From: an archaeon
GTDB lineage: Archaea; Micrarchaeota; Micrarchaeia; Norongarragalinales; UBA97
Length of the DNA: 53,870 nucleotides
Direction of reading: 5' to 3'
Assembly: GCA_020057405.1 (NCBI GenBank)
Contig: JAGVFW010000016.1
Span: 1 to 53,870, forward strand
The position numbers and the translations under genes were made by a program. Shown piece after piece: positions 45,304-53,870 of this stretch (position 1 is its first letter; every line of letters begins with the position of its first letter). The notes beneath the pieces were generated by a model. It searched no databases and was not told the DNA's origin. It saw nothing but the letters and a program-made list of their open reading frames with translations.

Positions 45304-46020
45304 ATGCGACTCAAAGTAACTCATCAAATCGCAGAACAAAAACTAAGCTCGGCAAAGAGCCTATCTAAAACCGATCCGCACGCGGCATACAGGCTGGCGC
45401 TGGCTTCTGCTTACTATTTTTTTGCATTCGGGAAAAAAGAAAAGGCGATTGAAGCAGTAAAACTTGCTGCAGACAGTCTGGCCGCAGACAGTTTCGGCTC
45501 ATTTGAACGTAAAAAGCGAACTCAATTTTCGGCCAGAACCAAGGCAGTCACCAATAACCCCGAAGTACTCATGGCCGCAATGGGCATGCTCACTGAAAAA
45601 GACATCAACCGGGGCGGGACGGCCCTCCGCGCGCTGGAAAAACACATTCCGGAAGCAAAGATACTTTCTGCACCCCAGAAAGCCTACCTGAAATCATTTT
45701 GCGGACACCACATAGACGACTTCCTACACGCAGTTGCCGCCAAGCTTGAAGCCGAACGCCTTTCCGCACACCTTGAAACCCTGATGAAAAGTGCGCGGCA
45801 CACCGTTCCAAAAGACGCGATAAGCGGCGAGATAGTCATAGGAACACAAACGCGGGCGTTTGTAACCATAAGACACAATGACGACGGGATCCACGGAGAT
45901 TTGCAAAAAAACCTGGGCAAAATCAAGGCACCGGAAGGAAAAGAACACCAAATAATCCGGATACCTAACGGAAACACGCGCGTCAACGTGGTGCCGGCAG
46001 GCTTTGTGAATTCAAACTAA
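45304..46020 (+). CDS. Hypothetical basic protein, paralog of 51244-52041
   Basis: Colinear motif matches with the 51244 ORF along the full length. Confidence 0.75.
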   Translation: MRLKVTHQIAEQKLSSAKSLSKTDPHAAYRLALASAYYFFAFGKKEKAIEAVKLAADSLAADSFGSFERKKRTQFSARTKAVTNNPEVLMAAMGMLTEKDINRGGTALRALEKHIPEAKILSAPQKAYLKSFCGHHIDDFLHAVAAKLEAERLSAHLETLMKSARHTVPKDAISGEIVIGTQTRAFVTIRHNDDGIHGDLQKNLGKIKAPEGKEHQIIRIPNGNTRVNVVPAGFVNSN

Positions 46021-46697
46021 ACCTGCGCGGCCATTTCCTTAAGCAGTGCTGCTGGGTCTTTTGATTTCACGAACGCGCTTGCGAGGAGCACGCCGTCGGC
46101 GCCAAGCTCAAAGCACTTCTTCACATCAGCGACGGTTGTGACGCCAGCGCCAACTACTGGAACGACGTCGGGGGCCTCGTTGCCCATCCTTTGCACGAAC
46201 TTCTCGACAATCTCTGGCTGCGCGGTTGAGACGCTAATGCCACTGCCAATGAGTTTTGGCGGCTCGTAGGCAACGGCCCACGGCTGCAGGTCGACCGCAA
46301 ACGCGAGGGACTCGTCAAGGTCTGCTGCGCAAACCATCACCCGCAAGCCGATTAATTTCGCTTTCTCGACAACAAACTCTACTTCCTCGCGCTTCAAGCG
46401 GTGCTCGCTGTGGTTAACTAGAGTGCCCTGCGCGCCGCTTGCTTTCACGCTCTCAACAGGCAGCCATCCGGTCTTTGCACCCGCGTCAACCGCGTCGGCG
46501 TGCTGGGCGAACGCTGTTGCGTGCTTTAGCTCGCGAGCGATTAGCTCGAGTTGCTGCGGTTGTGGGCAGACGATGATTTTAGCATCCGTGTCAGCGGCAA
46601 TTTCATCCGCTAGGCGCGAAAGACGCAAGCCGCCCTCGCCTGCGCTTTCGGGATACGCTTTCAGGTTGAGTGCAATGAACTTTTCCACGAAATGCAT
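46017..46697 (-). CDS. tpiA: Triosephosphate isomerase, archaeal type (226 aa)
   Basis: NLKAY, AQHAD, NHSEHR, AYEPPKLIGSG, GAGV and GVLLAS; start at ATG46697. Confidence 0.96.
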   Translation of the reverse strand: MHFVEKFIALNLKAYPESAGEGGLRLSRLADEIAADTDAKIIVCPQPQQLELIARELKHATAFAQHADAVDAGAKTGWLPVESVKASGAQGTLVNHSEHRLKREEVEFVVEKAKLIGLRVMVCAADLDESLAFAVDLQPWAVAYEPPKLIGSGISVSTAQPEIVEKFVQRMGNEAPDVVPVVGAGVTTVADVKKCFELGADGVLLASAFVKSKDPAALLKEMAAQV

Positions 46698-46754
46698 TGT
46701 GTGGGCTAAGCAATAAAAACCCCTTGCGGCAACTAGCTCAATACGGTTTTTGAA

Positions 46755-48356
46755 ATGACTGTAGAAACGAGTGCCAACACCCCCGTGCAAGGCGGTGCCG
46801 GAGTCCGGCCCGAGGATATAGCGAAAGCGATTGCAGGGCCGAACTCGCCACACCCCCAAGCACAACCGGCGGCACACGCTGCGCAAAACGTACAAGTGGC
46901 GCCAGAGCAAAAGCCCCTGCCCGAGGATGTGCTGAAGAAAAACAAGGCCGCCTCAATGCTTGACGGTGCGGCCGCTTCGGTGATGGAAAGCGCTTCTTCC
47001 GGCTACGCGACCCCGTTTGCAATTGCCCTAAACGCAAGCACTTCCCAAATCGGCTTGCTTACCGGCATTAGCGTGCTTTTAGGCTCGCTTGCGCAGCCGA
47101 TTGGCGCAAGCCTCGCCGAGCGGGTTGACCGGCGAAAAATCATCGTGAGCATGGTGGTGCTGCAGGCGCTCGCCTGGCTGCCGATAGCCGCAATCCCGTT
47201 TTTCCTGGCGCCGGGCAACGGGGCTGCAACCGCGTTTATCGCGCTCTTCGCGCTCATGACCGTTTTCGGCAGCATTTCGGCGCCAGTCTGGAACAGCACC
47301 ATGGCCGACATCATCCCGCTAAAGGAGCGCGGCGCGTTTTTCGGGAGGAGAAAGGAATTTTTGCAGTTTGTCACCCTAGTCACGTTGTTTGCGTTCGGCC
47401 TGTTTCTCGGCGTGGTGCCAAAGGACATGGTGTTTTTGGGTTTTGCGGCGATTTTCGCAATCGCCTTTAGCGCAAGGATGATTTCAGCCCACTACCTCAA
47501 CATGACGTTCTACCCGCCCTACCACCACCGCAAGGACTCGGGCTCGATAAGCGCATTTCTCTCAGGCCTGCTTTCGACGAATTTCGGAAAGCTCGCGCTC
47601 TTCCTCGCTGCAATAGTCTTTGCGACCAACATTGCCGCGCCATTCTTCCAAGTCTACCTCTTGCGGTCGCTTGGCTATACCTACCAGCTCTATGCCGTCA
47701 TGATTGCAATCAACGCCATTGCGGCAATACTGACGTTTTCCTACTGGGGAAGGCTTAGCGACACGTTTGGAAACAAGAAAATCCTATTCGCAACCGGCCT
47801 GCTGGTGCCCCTGGTTCCCTTAGGCTACCTGTTTGCGTCATCGCCGCTGCACATCGCAATTGCCGAGGCAGTAAGCGGCATCGCCTGGGCGGGCTTCAAC
47901 CTCGCGACGTTCAACTACGTGCTTGAATTCTCGCCCTCATACAACCGCGCGCGCTACATTGCCTACTACAACGTGCTCATCGGGACAGCTACTTTCGCAG
48001 GCGCCCTTGCAGGCGCGTACTTGATTGAATCCAACTTCGTCCTGGCCGGGCTTGCCGGCATTCCGCTTCTTTTTGCAATCTCGACTGCCGCAAGGTTTGC
48101 CTGCATCATCGCAATCCTGCCGGCGGTTGCAGACTCCAAGCCCCTCCCTGGCCTGGACAACCGCCGCTTCTTCGTCAACGCCGTCATCAACTACCCCATG
48201 AACGAAGTGCACTCAAGCGTAGTTTCCGGCTGGAGCTCAATGATGCACGCGGAAAAAAAGGCGGTCGAGACGACAAAGCGGTTCGTCGGCGAGTTCGGCA
48301 AACACGCCCACCATGGCGGCAAGGCATTCAAGAGAAGGTTCTACTTGGAGGAATGA
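46755..48356 (+). CDS. MFS transporter
   Basis: About 12 TM; motif A variants (GASLAERVDRR, WGRLSDTFGNK); ADIIP..ERGAFFG. Confidence 0.9.
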   Translation: MTVETSANTPVQGGAGVRPEDIAKAIAGPNSPHPQAQPAAHAAQNVQVAPEQKPLPEDVLKKNKAASMLDGAAASVMESASSGYATPFAIALNASTSQIGLLTGISVLLGSLAQPIGASLAERVDRRKIIVSMVVLQALAWLPIAAIPFFLAPGNGAATAFIALFALMTVFGSISAPVWNSTMADIIPLKERGAFFGRRKEFLQFVTLVTLFAFGLFLGVVPKDMVFLGFAAIFAIAFSARMISAHYLNMTFYPPYHHRKDSGSISAFLSGLLSTNFGKLALFLAAIVFATNIAAPFFQVYLLRSLGYTYQLYAVMIAINAIAAILTFSYWGRLSDTFGNKKILFATGLLVPLVPLGYLFASSPLHIAIAEAVSGIAWAGFNLATFNYVLEFSPSYNRARYIAYYNVLIGTATFAGALAGAYLIESNFVLAGLAGIPLLFAISTAARFACIIAILPAVADSKPLPGLDNRRFFVNAVINYPMNEVHSSVVSGWSSMMHAEKKAVETTKRFVGEFGKHAHHGGKAFKRRFYLEE

Positions 48357-48369
48357 TTGGGGAGCGGGG

Positions 48370-48636
48370 CTACTTGCCCGGCCGCCAGCGCTTGAGGGAA
48401 GGCAGCGTTTCGGTGGCAAGGGCGAGGGCGCGCTCGTAGGGCATCGCAAGCTCGCGGACCATTTTCTGCACTTTGCGCTGTATCATGTCGCCCAAAGTCA
48501 GTTCGGGTTCGATAAAGTCGCCGCTTGTAAAGCAGTCCTTGCAGTACTCGTCGCAAACCGTGCCGTTGGAGTTCGAGCCGCAGAGGCCCGCCGCAAGCAT
48601 TACGCCGCAGCTCTGGCAAATTTCTTTTTGGTCCAT
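48370..48636 (-). CDS. Zinc-ribbon domain protein (Zn_ribbon_2-like), 88 aa
   Basis: CQSCG...G....YCKDCF..G.F...LPSLKRW. Confidence 0.85.
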   Translation of the reverse strand: MDQKEICQSCGVMLAAGLCGSNSNGTVCDEYCKDCFTSGDFIEPELTLGDMIQRKVQKMVRELAMPYERALALATETLPSLKRWRPGK

Positions 48637-48691
48637 AATCAAAACCCAACCCTTTGGTAGGATATAAAAGTGTCGGAACAGAGTTGTGTGC

Positions 48692-49954
48692 GTGAAACGC
48701 TTTGCTTCCCTGCTTTTGCTCGCCGTCCTGACGGCCGCACTCGCGACGGGATGCTTGTTCGACACTAAAGCCAAGAAAAAGCCGGCGGCCAACTTGACTA
48801 AGTCAAGCAACGCCACTGCCGACTTCATTGCAATAAACTCGCCCTCGCCGGGCTCGTTTGTCGGCGGGATTGCTAACATTTCCTGGCGCGCTTCGCGCAC
48901 GCTCTCGGTGGAGTTCAGTTCCGACGGAGGGCGCAACTGGGTTTCCGCCGGTGCCCCGGGGGCACCAAACACTTCTTGGCTGCCCTTCAACACGCGCCGC
49001 TATCCCGACGGCACGCGAATAGCGCTAAAGTTCTTTGACCCAAAGAACAGTACGTTTAAGACAACTATCGGGAGCGTGGGCATCGACAACACGCCCCCTC
49101 GCGCCTACTGCGGGTCGGCTTATGCCATTGACGAGGGCTCAAGTGTGGAAGTAAGCGGTGCCCTTTCCTCAGACGCGCTCTCGGGAGTGGCGCGCTATTT
49201 CTGGACTGTTGGCAGCAACGCAAGCCCCTCGGCTGGAGAGGGGCAGAACTTCACCGTTCGGGCCGAGGGCCATGGGTCGTACTTCGTCAACGTCGGGCTA
49301 AAGGCAATTGATGGGGCGGGAAACTCTGACTACGCGAATTGCACGCTAAACGTTTCAAACGTGGCGCCGGTGGTGGTTCCAAGCGCAAGCGAGAACGCGA
49401 CTGAAGGGGAGCCGGTCAGCTTTAGCGCCGAATTCACCGACCCGGGGAAAGAGTTTGGGGAAAACTACTCGTTTGAATGGTTTTTCGGCGACGGCATTCG
49501 TGGCGAGGGAAAGCAAGCAAGCCACGCCTATTCGGTGACTGCGCCGTACAATCTTTACAACGCAACTATCTTTGTCAACGACGGGACGGCCTATGGCAAC
49601 GCGACTATCCAGCTAAACGTGTCGAATGCAAAGCCGTTCCCCCACGATTTCGAGTACCTGGAAATTTTTGGCCAACGCCTGGTGTTCGTTTGGGAAGCCG
49701 ACCACCCGCCAGGCATCACGCTTTTCTCGAAAGTCGAGTACTTCGACAACTTCACAAGCCAAAACCCGCCCCGCATCTGGCAGACTGCCTGCGTGCAGTA
49801 CGGCAGGCCATACAGGTGCGAATGGAACGCCTCGGCACTGGCAAAAGGCGGGGTCTATCCACTGCGGTTAACCGTATCCGATGGAATCGGGGAAACGACT
49901 CTTTACGGCACCCGCAATTACACCAAGGGCAAGACTGCTTGGAGCACGACTTGA
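48692..49954 (+). CDS. Lipoprotein with PKD/Ig-like domains
   Basis: Lipobox-like LATGC; IDNTPP, NVAPVV and FEWFFGDG..SHAY (PKD); TATA box at 48662-48669. Confidence 0.8.
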   Translation: MKRFASLLLLAVLTAALATGCLFDTKAKKKPAANLTKSSNATADFIAINSPSPGSFVGGIANISWRASRTLSVEFSSDGGRNWVSAGAPGAPNTSWLPFNTRRYPDGTRIALKFFDPKNSTFKTTIGSVGIDNTPPRAYCGSAYAIDEGSSVEVSGALSSDALSGVARYFWTVGSNASPSAGEGQNFTVRAEGHGSYFVNVGLKAIDGAGNSDYANCTLNVSNVAPVVVPSASENATEGEPVSFSAEFTDPGKEFGENYSFEWFFGDGIRGEGKQASHAYSVTAPYNLYNATIFVNDGTAYGNATIQLNVSNAKPFPHDFEYLEIFGQRLVFVWEADHPPGITLFSKVEYFDNFTSQNPPRIWQTACVQYGRPYRCEWNASALAKGGVYPLRLTVSDGIGETTLYGTRNYTKGKTAWSTT

Positions 49955-50093
49955 AAGCCCGGGCCGGCTGGCAATAGCGTTAAAGGGGGCGTGCAGCAAG
50001 CGTTTGGAATCGCGGAAAGCCTGCGAACCACCCCCCCCTACCAACCGCCTCATCCGGCAACTTTAATACCCCTGGGCTGCACCCTAGTTGCAC

Positions 50094-51224
50094 ATGCACA
50101 AGCTCACTGCAATACTGTTTTTTTCCGCCATGCTCGCAGTGCCCGTCCTCGCGGCAGACCCCGTCATTCTCAACCTCCATCTAGAGGGAAACGCCATCGA
50201 CTCGTCATCCTATGCGCACGCGGTTTACTCCCTTGACCTCAACGGAGAGCCGGCGACAATGCAATACGAAGCCGCTTGCGCAATCGGCGGCTGCATGCGC
50301 TTTACGGGCGAAGGCGAACACCTCGAAACGAACCTCGGCGGCGCAGGCAGCGTCCCCGACGACTCGACAACGGCGCCCGTTTCAGTGTCGCTGTGGCTCA
50401 AGGCAAGCGCTGCTAACGCCAACCAGTTACAGCTATTTTCACCCGACGTTTTCGACAACGCATACCGGGGCGCGGCACTCATTGACGGCACCAATGTCAT
50501 ACTGCGCGACGGCGACTCCGCGCCAACCACACTTTTCGCCATTCCCGGCGACTACACGGACGAAATGCACCAGCTCACAATCGCTTACGACGCGGAAGGC
50601 GCGACTGGCTATTGGGACGGCAAGAAACAGGGCTTCGCGCCGGGCGTGCGGCTCGACTTGGGCGAACCTGACGTTGTCCTGGGCATCGGCGGCGGCAAGC
50701 GAATTCCGTTTGGAAACCCGTTTGCCGGGCTGATTGACGAAGTGCATGTTTTCAACCTGGCCCTCAGCGGGGAACAAGCAGGCCAGCTCTACACGCTTGA
50801 GTACCATGCGACTGCTCCTGCCGACCTGGCGCAGGTTTTTGCAACTCCGACACCCGTTACTACGCTCGCCCCTACGCCAACGGAAAAGCCCAAGCCGACT
50901 CTCGTCCCGGCGCCAACCGCGAAGCCAAAGCCGACGCCCAAGTTCGAGAGGACGCCCGAACCAAAACAGAAAGACAAGGATGGAAAATTCGATCTTCCGG
51001 GCAAAAAAGTCACGGACATACTTGACAACATTGCACGCAAAATAGAGGAACAAAAAGCGGAGAACAGGCAGCGGGCCGAGGAGAGAAAACCGCCGTCACT
51101 CGTCGGCAGAGTAGTCGACTTCATTCCCCAGTCGCCTTACGACGCGCCAACGACATTCGCAATCTCGTTATCCTCCCTCCTATTCATCGCACTTGCCGCA
51201 ATGCGCTTCAACGAGAAAGGCTAA
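50094..51224 (+). CDS. LamG/concanavalin A-like lectin domain surface protein with Pro/Thr/Lys linker and C-terminal TM
   Basis: Signal peptide; LEGNAIDSS, SVSLWLK, YWDG and FAGLIDEVHVFNLALS. Confidence 0.85.
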   Translation: MHKLTAILFFSAMLAVPVLAADPVILNLHLEGNAIDSSSYAHAVYSLDLNGEPATMQYEAACAIGGCMRFTGEGEHLETNLGGAGSVPDDSTTAPVSVSLWLKASAANANQLQLFSPDVFDNAYRGAALIDGTNVILRDGDSAPTTLFAIPGDYTDEMHQLTIAYDAEGATGYWDGKKQGFAPGVRLDLGEPDVVLGIGGGKRIPFGNPFAGLIDEVHVFNLALSGEQAGQLYTLEYHATAPADLAQVFATPTPVTTLAPTPTEKPKPTLVPAPTAKPKPTPKFERTPEPKQKDKDGKFDLPGKKVTDILDNIARKIEEQKAENRQRAEERKPPSLVGRVVDFIPQSPYDAPTTFAISLSSLLFIALAAMRFNEKG

Positions 51225-51243
51225 ACTATTTTTTTCCGGCCGG

Positions 51244-52041
51244 ATGTTAGAGCTAGACCGCCGCCAGCAAGAGAAAACCTTTATCTCCGACGGCAAACCA
51301 GAATTTAGCGTGCTAAACGAGTACGGAAAAGCCCTGTTCAAACAAGCCAAAAACTTGGGCAAGGCGAGGAAAAGAGGGGCAGTGAGCGATAGTTACGCCG
51401 CTTATCAGCTAGCCCTGAAAGCCAGTTACTACCTTTACCTTTCAGGCAACAGCGGCCTGGCCGAAGAGGCTGCGACGCTTGCGGCCGCGAACTACGGAAG
51501 CGTCGATCGAACGGCATCGGCACGAGAAGGATTCGCCAAAAGAGCGCAAACGGTCAAGAAAAACAGGGCGCCAATAGAAAAAATGATTAGCGCGATTGGT
51601 GCTGAAGTGCTCACGCTAAAGCCCTCGGCGTTTCGGAAGTACCTGACAAATGCATTACGAAACGAAGTCCTGACGCTAAAGGAAAAAGAAGTCCTCGCCG
51701 GCTTTTTCTCGCATCACTCCTACGAATTCAAGGAAGCCCTGGCCGCAAAGCAAATTTGCATCGCGTTTAGGGACAGCCTGGAAGCGCATGGCCGCAAAAC
51801 TGCCAAAGCGGTCGGAGTCAAAGACGCACCCATTCAAGCCTCGGCCAAGCTCACTACAAACGGCTTTGTCGGCACGCTCGTGATAACGCACGGCAATCCG
51901 CAACTGCACGACCAAATCATCGAACGCTATCGGGCCAACCCTCCGAACGAAACGCGCATGCAAAGCGGCGAGTACATCAACAAGCGCGGCGAAACTCGCA
52001 TGGAATTCCTGCCAGCGTACCCACGAAGACAAAAAAACTAA
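51244..52041 (+). CDS. Hypothetical basic protein, paralog of 45304-46020
   Basis: AAYQLAL..YY, FFSHH, ITH....H and GETR...PA motifs shared with the 45304 ORF. Confidence 0.75.
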   Translation: MLELDRRQQEKTFISDGKPEFSVLNEYGKALFKQAKNLGKARKRGAVSDSYAAYQLALKASYYLYLSGNSGLAEEAATLAAANYGSVDRTASAREGFAKRAQTVKKNRAPIEKMISAIGAEVLTLKPSAFRKYLTNALRNEVLTLKEKEVLAGFFSHHSYEFKEALAAKQICIAFRDSLEAHGRKTAKAVGVKDAPIQASAKLTTNGFVGTLVITHGNPQLHDQIIERYRANPPNETRMQSGEYINKRGETRMEFLPAYPRRQKN

Positions 52042-52050
52042 ACCCGGTTA

Positions 52051-52566
52051 TTAGAGCCGTGAGTTGGCATAGCCGACTAGAATGAAAGCACTCCAATAGG
52101 CGGGGAGGGCGAGGTAAGGCGTCCACGGGGCCGAGTACTCAAGGGCGCCCTGCGAAATCATCAGCGCCTCGATTAGAGTGCCGGCAATTGCGATTGGCAC
52201 TGCAACTAAAGCCGCGGTTTTCAAGTCAAACTTGGGCGGGAAAATTAGGGCGTAAGCCCCGCCGGCAAGCAAGGCGACGACGAAAATCTCGGCGGGAACG
52301 GCAAGAATCGGAAAAACGCTTTGTTTGCTCACCCACAGGTTGGCAAAAGCGCCGAGGTTCTCAAAAGCAAAGTCAAAGAACGCGAGGAACAGGCCCAACT
52401 TTAGTACGCGCGACTGATCGCGGATGCGGAATGCCCAATAAATGACGCCGAACAGCACGGCGGCAATCTGTGCAAGCAAAAGCCAAGTTACTAGCAGTGA
52501 AACCACGCAACCACTAATAAGCAGAAAAATATAAAACAAGCCTATGCCCTTTGAGATGAAACGCAT
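52051..52566 (-). CDS. Hypothetical multi-pass membrane protein
   Basis: About 6 hydrophobic helices; FDFAFENLGA..W..P.E pattern. Confidence 0.7.
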   Translation of the reverse strand: MRFISKGIGLFYIFLLISGCVVSLLVTWLLLAQIAAVLFGVIYWAFRIRDQSRVLKLGLFLAFFDFAFENLGAFANLWVSKQSVFPILAVPAEIFVVALLAGGAYALIFPPKFDLKTAALVAVPIAIAGTLIEALMISQGALEYSAPWTPYLALPAYWSAFILVGYANSRL

Positions 52567-52695
52567 GGCTGGCGGTGGGTTCAAAGTCCTCTTCGAAATG
52601 TAGGAAAGCCGAAAGAGCCAAAAGTCTTCAAGCTGGCCGCTAGCAAAAAAGAAAAATAATAAGGCCGGGCAACGCGCCCTAATTCCAAAAACAAG

Positions 52696-53094
52696 TTAGC
52701 GTATGCCGGTGTCGATGTTGATGTCGAGCTTGGTCGTGCTGTCGGCAGTGATTGAGACTGTTGCGGGCAGGTTTGAGGAGCCGACCCGGCTGGCCTGGCT
52801 GAGGTCGACGATGTAAGTGCCTACTGGAAGAGTCAGGCTATAGTCGCCGTAGGCGTCGGTCTTTATTGTGGCAACTTGAGCCGTCTTTTGAGAATTCCAC
52901 ACTACAATAGGGTAGCTATCAAAAGTTTCCTGAGTTGGAATGCAATCCGGATTTGGGGGCTCGGTTTCAACAGGGCAAAGCGGGCCAATAGTTACTAGGC
53001 CATAGAAAGTGCCGGTCTTGCCGCTCACTGTTCCGCCCATGCAGCCAGCGAACACTAAGGCAAGGGCAGCCAATCCGAGAATAAAGAATTTCAT
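52696..53094 (-). CDS. Lipoprotein with carboxypeptidase-regulatory-like (Ig) domain
   Basis: Lipobox FAGC; GPLCPVE..P..C; TDAYGDYSLTLPVGTY; DTGIR end. Confidence 0.8.
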   Translation of the reverse strand: MKFFILGLAALALVFAGCMGGTVSGKTGTFYGLVTIGPLCPVETEPPNPDCIPTQETFDSYPIVVWNSQKTAQVATIKTDAYGDYSLTLPVGTYIVDLSQASRVGSSNLPATVSITADSTTKLDINIDTGIR

Positions 53095-53257
53095 AAACAA
53101 CTAATGCCCGCCCGAGAGTTAATACGGCGCGCAAATGCTAAGCCAAAGACTTAAGCATCCGAATGTGCCCATTGCCTGCAACAGCCCATAAATCGCAGCC
53201 TACTTAAATTACTATCAAGCTATTAGTAATATATACCATCACGCGCTTCTAGATACC

Positions 53258-53467
53258 ATGACAAATAAAGCACTAATAGTAATCGGAGTCATTTTGCTCG
53301 TTGCCGGATTCCTGGCAATGAATTACGTTGAAACGACCACACAAGAGCACTTTTGGGGCTGGTTTCAAACTAGCCAAACCGACAAGCCCTACGCAAATCT
53401 AGGCATACCCCTCATGATTGGCGGCATTGTCCTAGTCATCGTTGGCGCAGTCGTCGGAAAAGAATAG
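53258..53467 (+). CDS. Small two-TM membrane protein
   Basis: Two hydrophobic helices; AT-rich promoter-like region upstream. Confidence 0.7.
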   Translation: MTNKALIVIGVILLVAGFLAMNYVETTTQEHFWGWFQTSQTDKPYANLGIPLMIGGIVLVIVGAVVGKE

Positions 53468-53480
53468 CGCGGCAATAGAA

Positions 53481-53627
53481 ATGGCTGAAAAACCATCCGG
53501 GCCGCCCAACAAGTATCCGGGCTCCCCGAAAATCCCGTTCGTGCACCCAACTAATTGGTACGCAATTATCCTCTTAGCCTTCTTATTGTGGCTGGCCTAC
53601 ATCATCCTAAAGAGCATATTTCCCTAG
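53481..53627 (+). CDS. Small single-TM protein (48 aa)
   Basis: ATG53481; Pro-rich N-terminus followed by a hydrophobic helix. Confidence 0.55.
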   Translation: MAEKPSGPPNKYPGSPKIPFVHPTNWYAIILLAFLLWLAYIILKSIFP

Positions 53628-53664
53628 CCTTTTGCCGGAAAGCGGCCCCTACAGCTTAGACACC

Positions 53665-53771
53665 TACTGTGCAACGCCCTAGCCACCTGCTTTGCACATT
53701 AAGCCAATCCTGCACAATAACCCCTCCGGACAGCCCTTTAGGGCTTAGTTACTGTGCAACGCCCTAGCCAC
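53665..53771. repeat. Perfect 22-bp direct repeat TACTGTGCAACGCCCTAGCCAC (53665-53686 and 53750-53771)
   Basis: Two identical copies separated by 63 nt in non-coding DNA. Confidence 0.9.
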
Positions 53772-53870
53772 TGTTCTTCACGGAAACCGTGACACACTTT
53801 TTCATAGTTTGAATGCGAAGTATCTTTCGTAGGGTTTTCGGTAGTTTATGCCGCCGTGGGGGCGGCAGTA

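Noticed and set aside
46698-46910. 71-aa N-terminal extension of TpiA
   Set aside because: Overlaps the divergent MFS gene; homology starts at ATG46697
48637-48993. N-terminal extension of the zinc-ribbon ORF
   Set aside because: Antisense to the PKD lipoprotein; the domain begins at ATG48636
53665-53771. CRISPR array
   Set aside because: Only two repeats, a 63-nt spacer and no cas genes in the window
1-53870. Numerous 60-240 aa overlapping or antisense ORFs; alternative genetic code; transposase or integrase
   Set aside because: Shadow ORFs are expected at this GC content; recognisable genes end normally at TAA, TAG or TGA; no mobile-element enzyme motifs were recognised

Overview
Archaeal chromosome segment, most likely from a DPANN lineage such as Micrarchaeota. 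This is inferred from the short archaeal-type TpiA, archease plus RtcB, a tandem Lrp/AsnC regulator, TATA boxes about 23-27 nt before start codons and giant Cys-rich surface proteins. No rRNA, tRNA, CRISPR array or transposase was recognised. Housekeeping genes: rtcB, archease, argS, tpiA, endonuclease IV, dCMP deaminase, YbaK-family deacylase, P2A-type ATPase and an MFS transporter. Accessory content: a Doc/Fic toxin with an unannotated 40-aa downstream partner; a DUF4011-SF1 helicase-nuclease (Hhe-like defence protein); an Lrp-linked NDT-like plus UbiA cassette next to a GT-C-like membrane protein; and many surface proteins. Best candidates for undescribed biology: (1) an rtcB...archease cluster that encloses an unannotated hyper-acidic micro-protein, a ferritin-like hairpin protein and a COG0523 metallochaperone; (2) a tandem pair of paralogous giant (about 2.2k and 2.7k aa) membrane-anchored proteins, one with eight EGF-like repeats and an apparent ATA start; (3) a pair of unannotated paralogous basic proteins with conserved His motifs; (4) a ~70-bp hairpin-containing direct repeat flanking a membrane gene. 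All family assignments come from motif recognition by eye, with no database searches.
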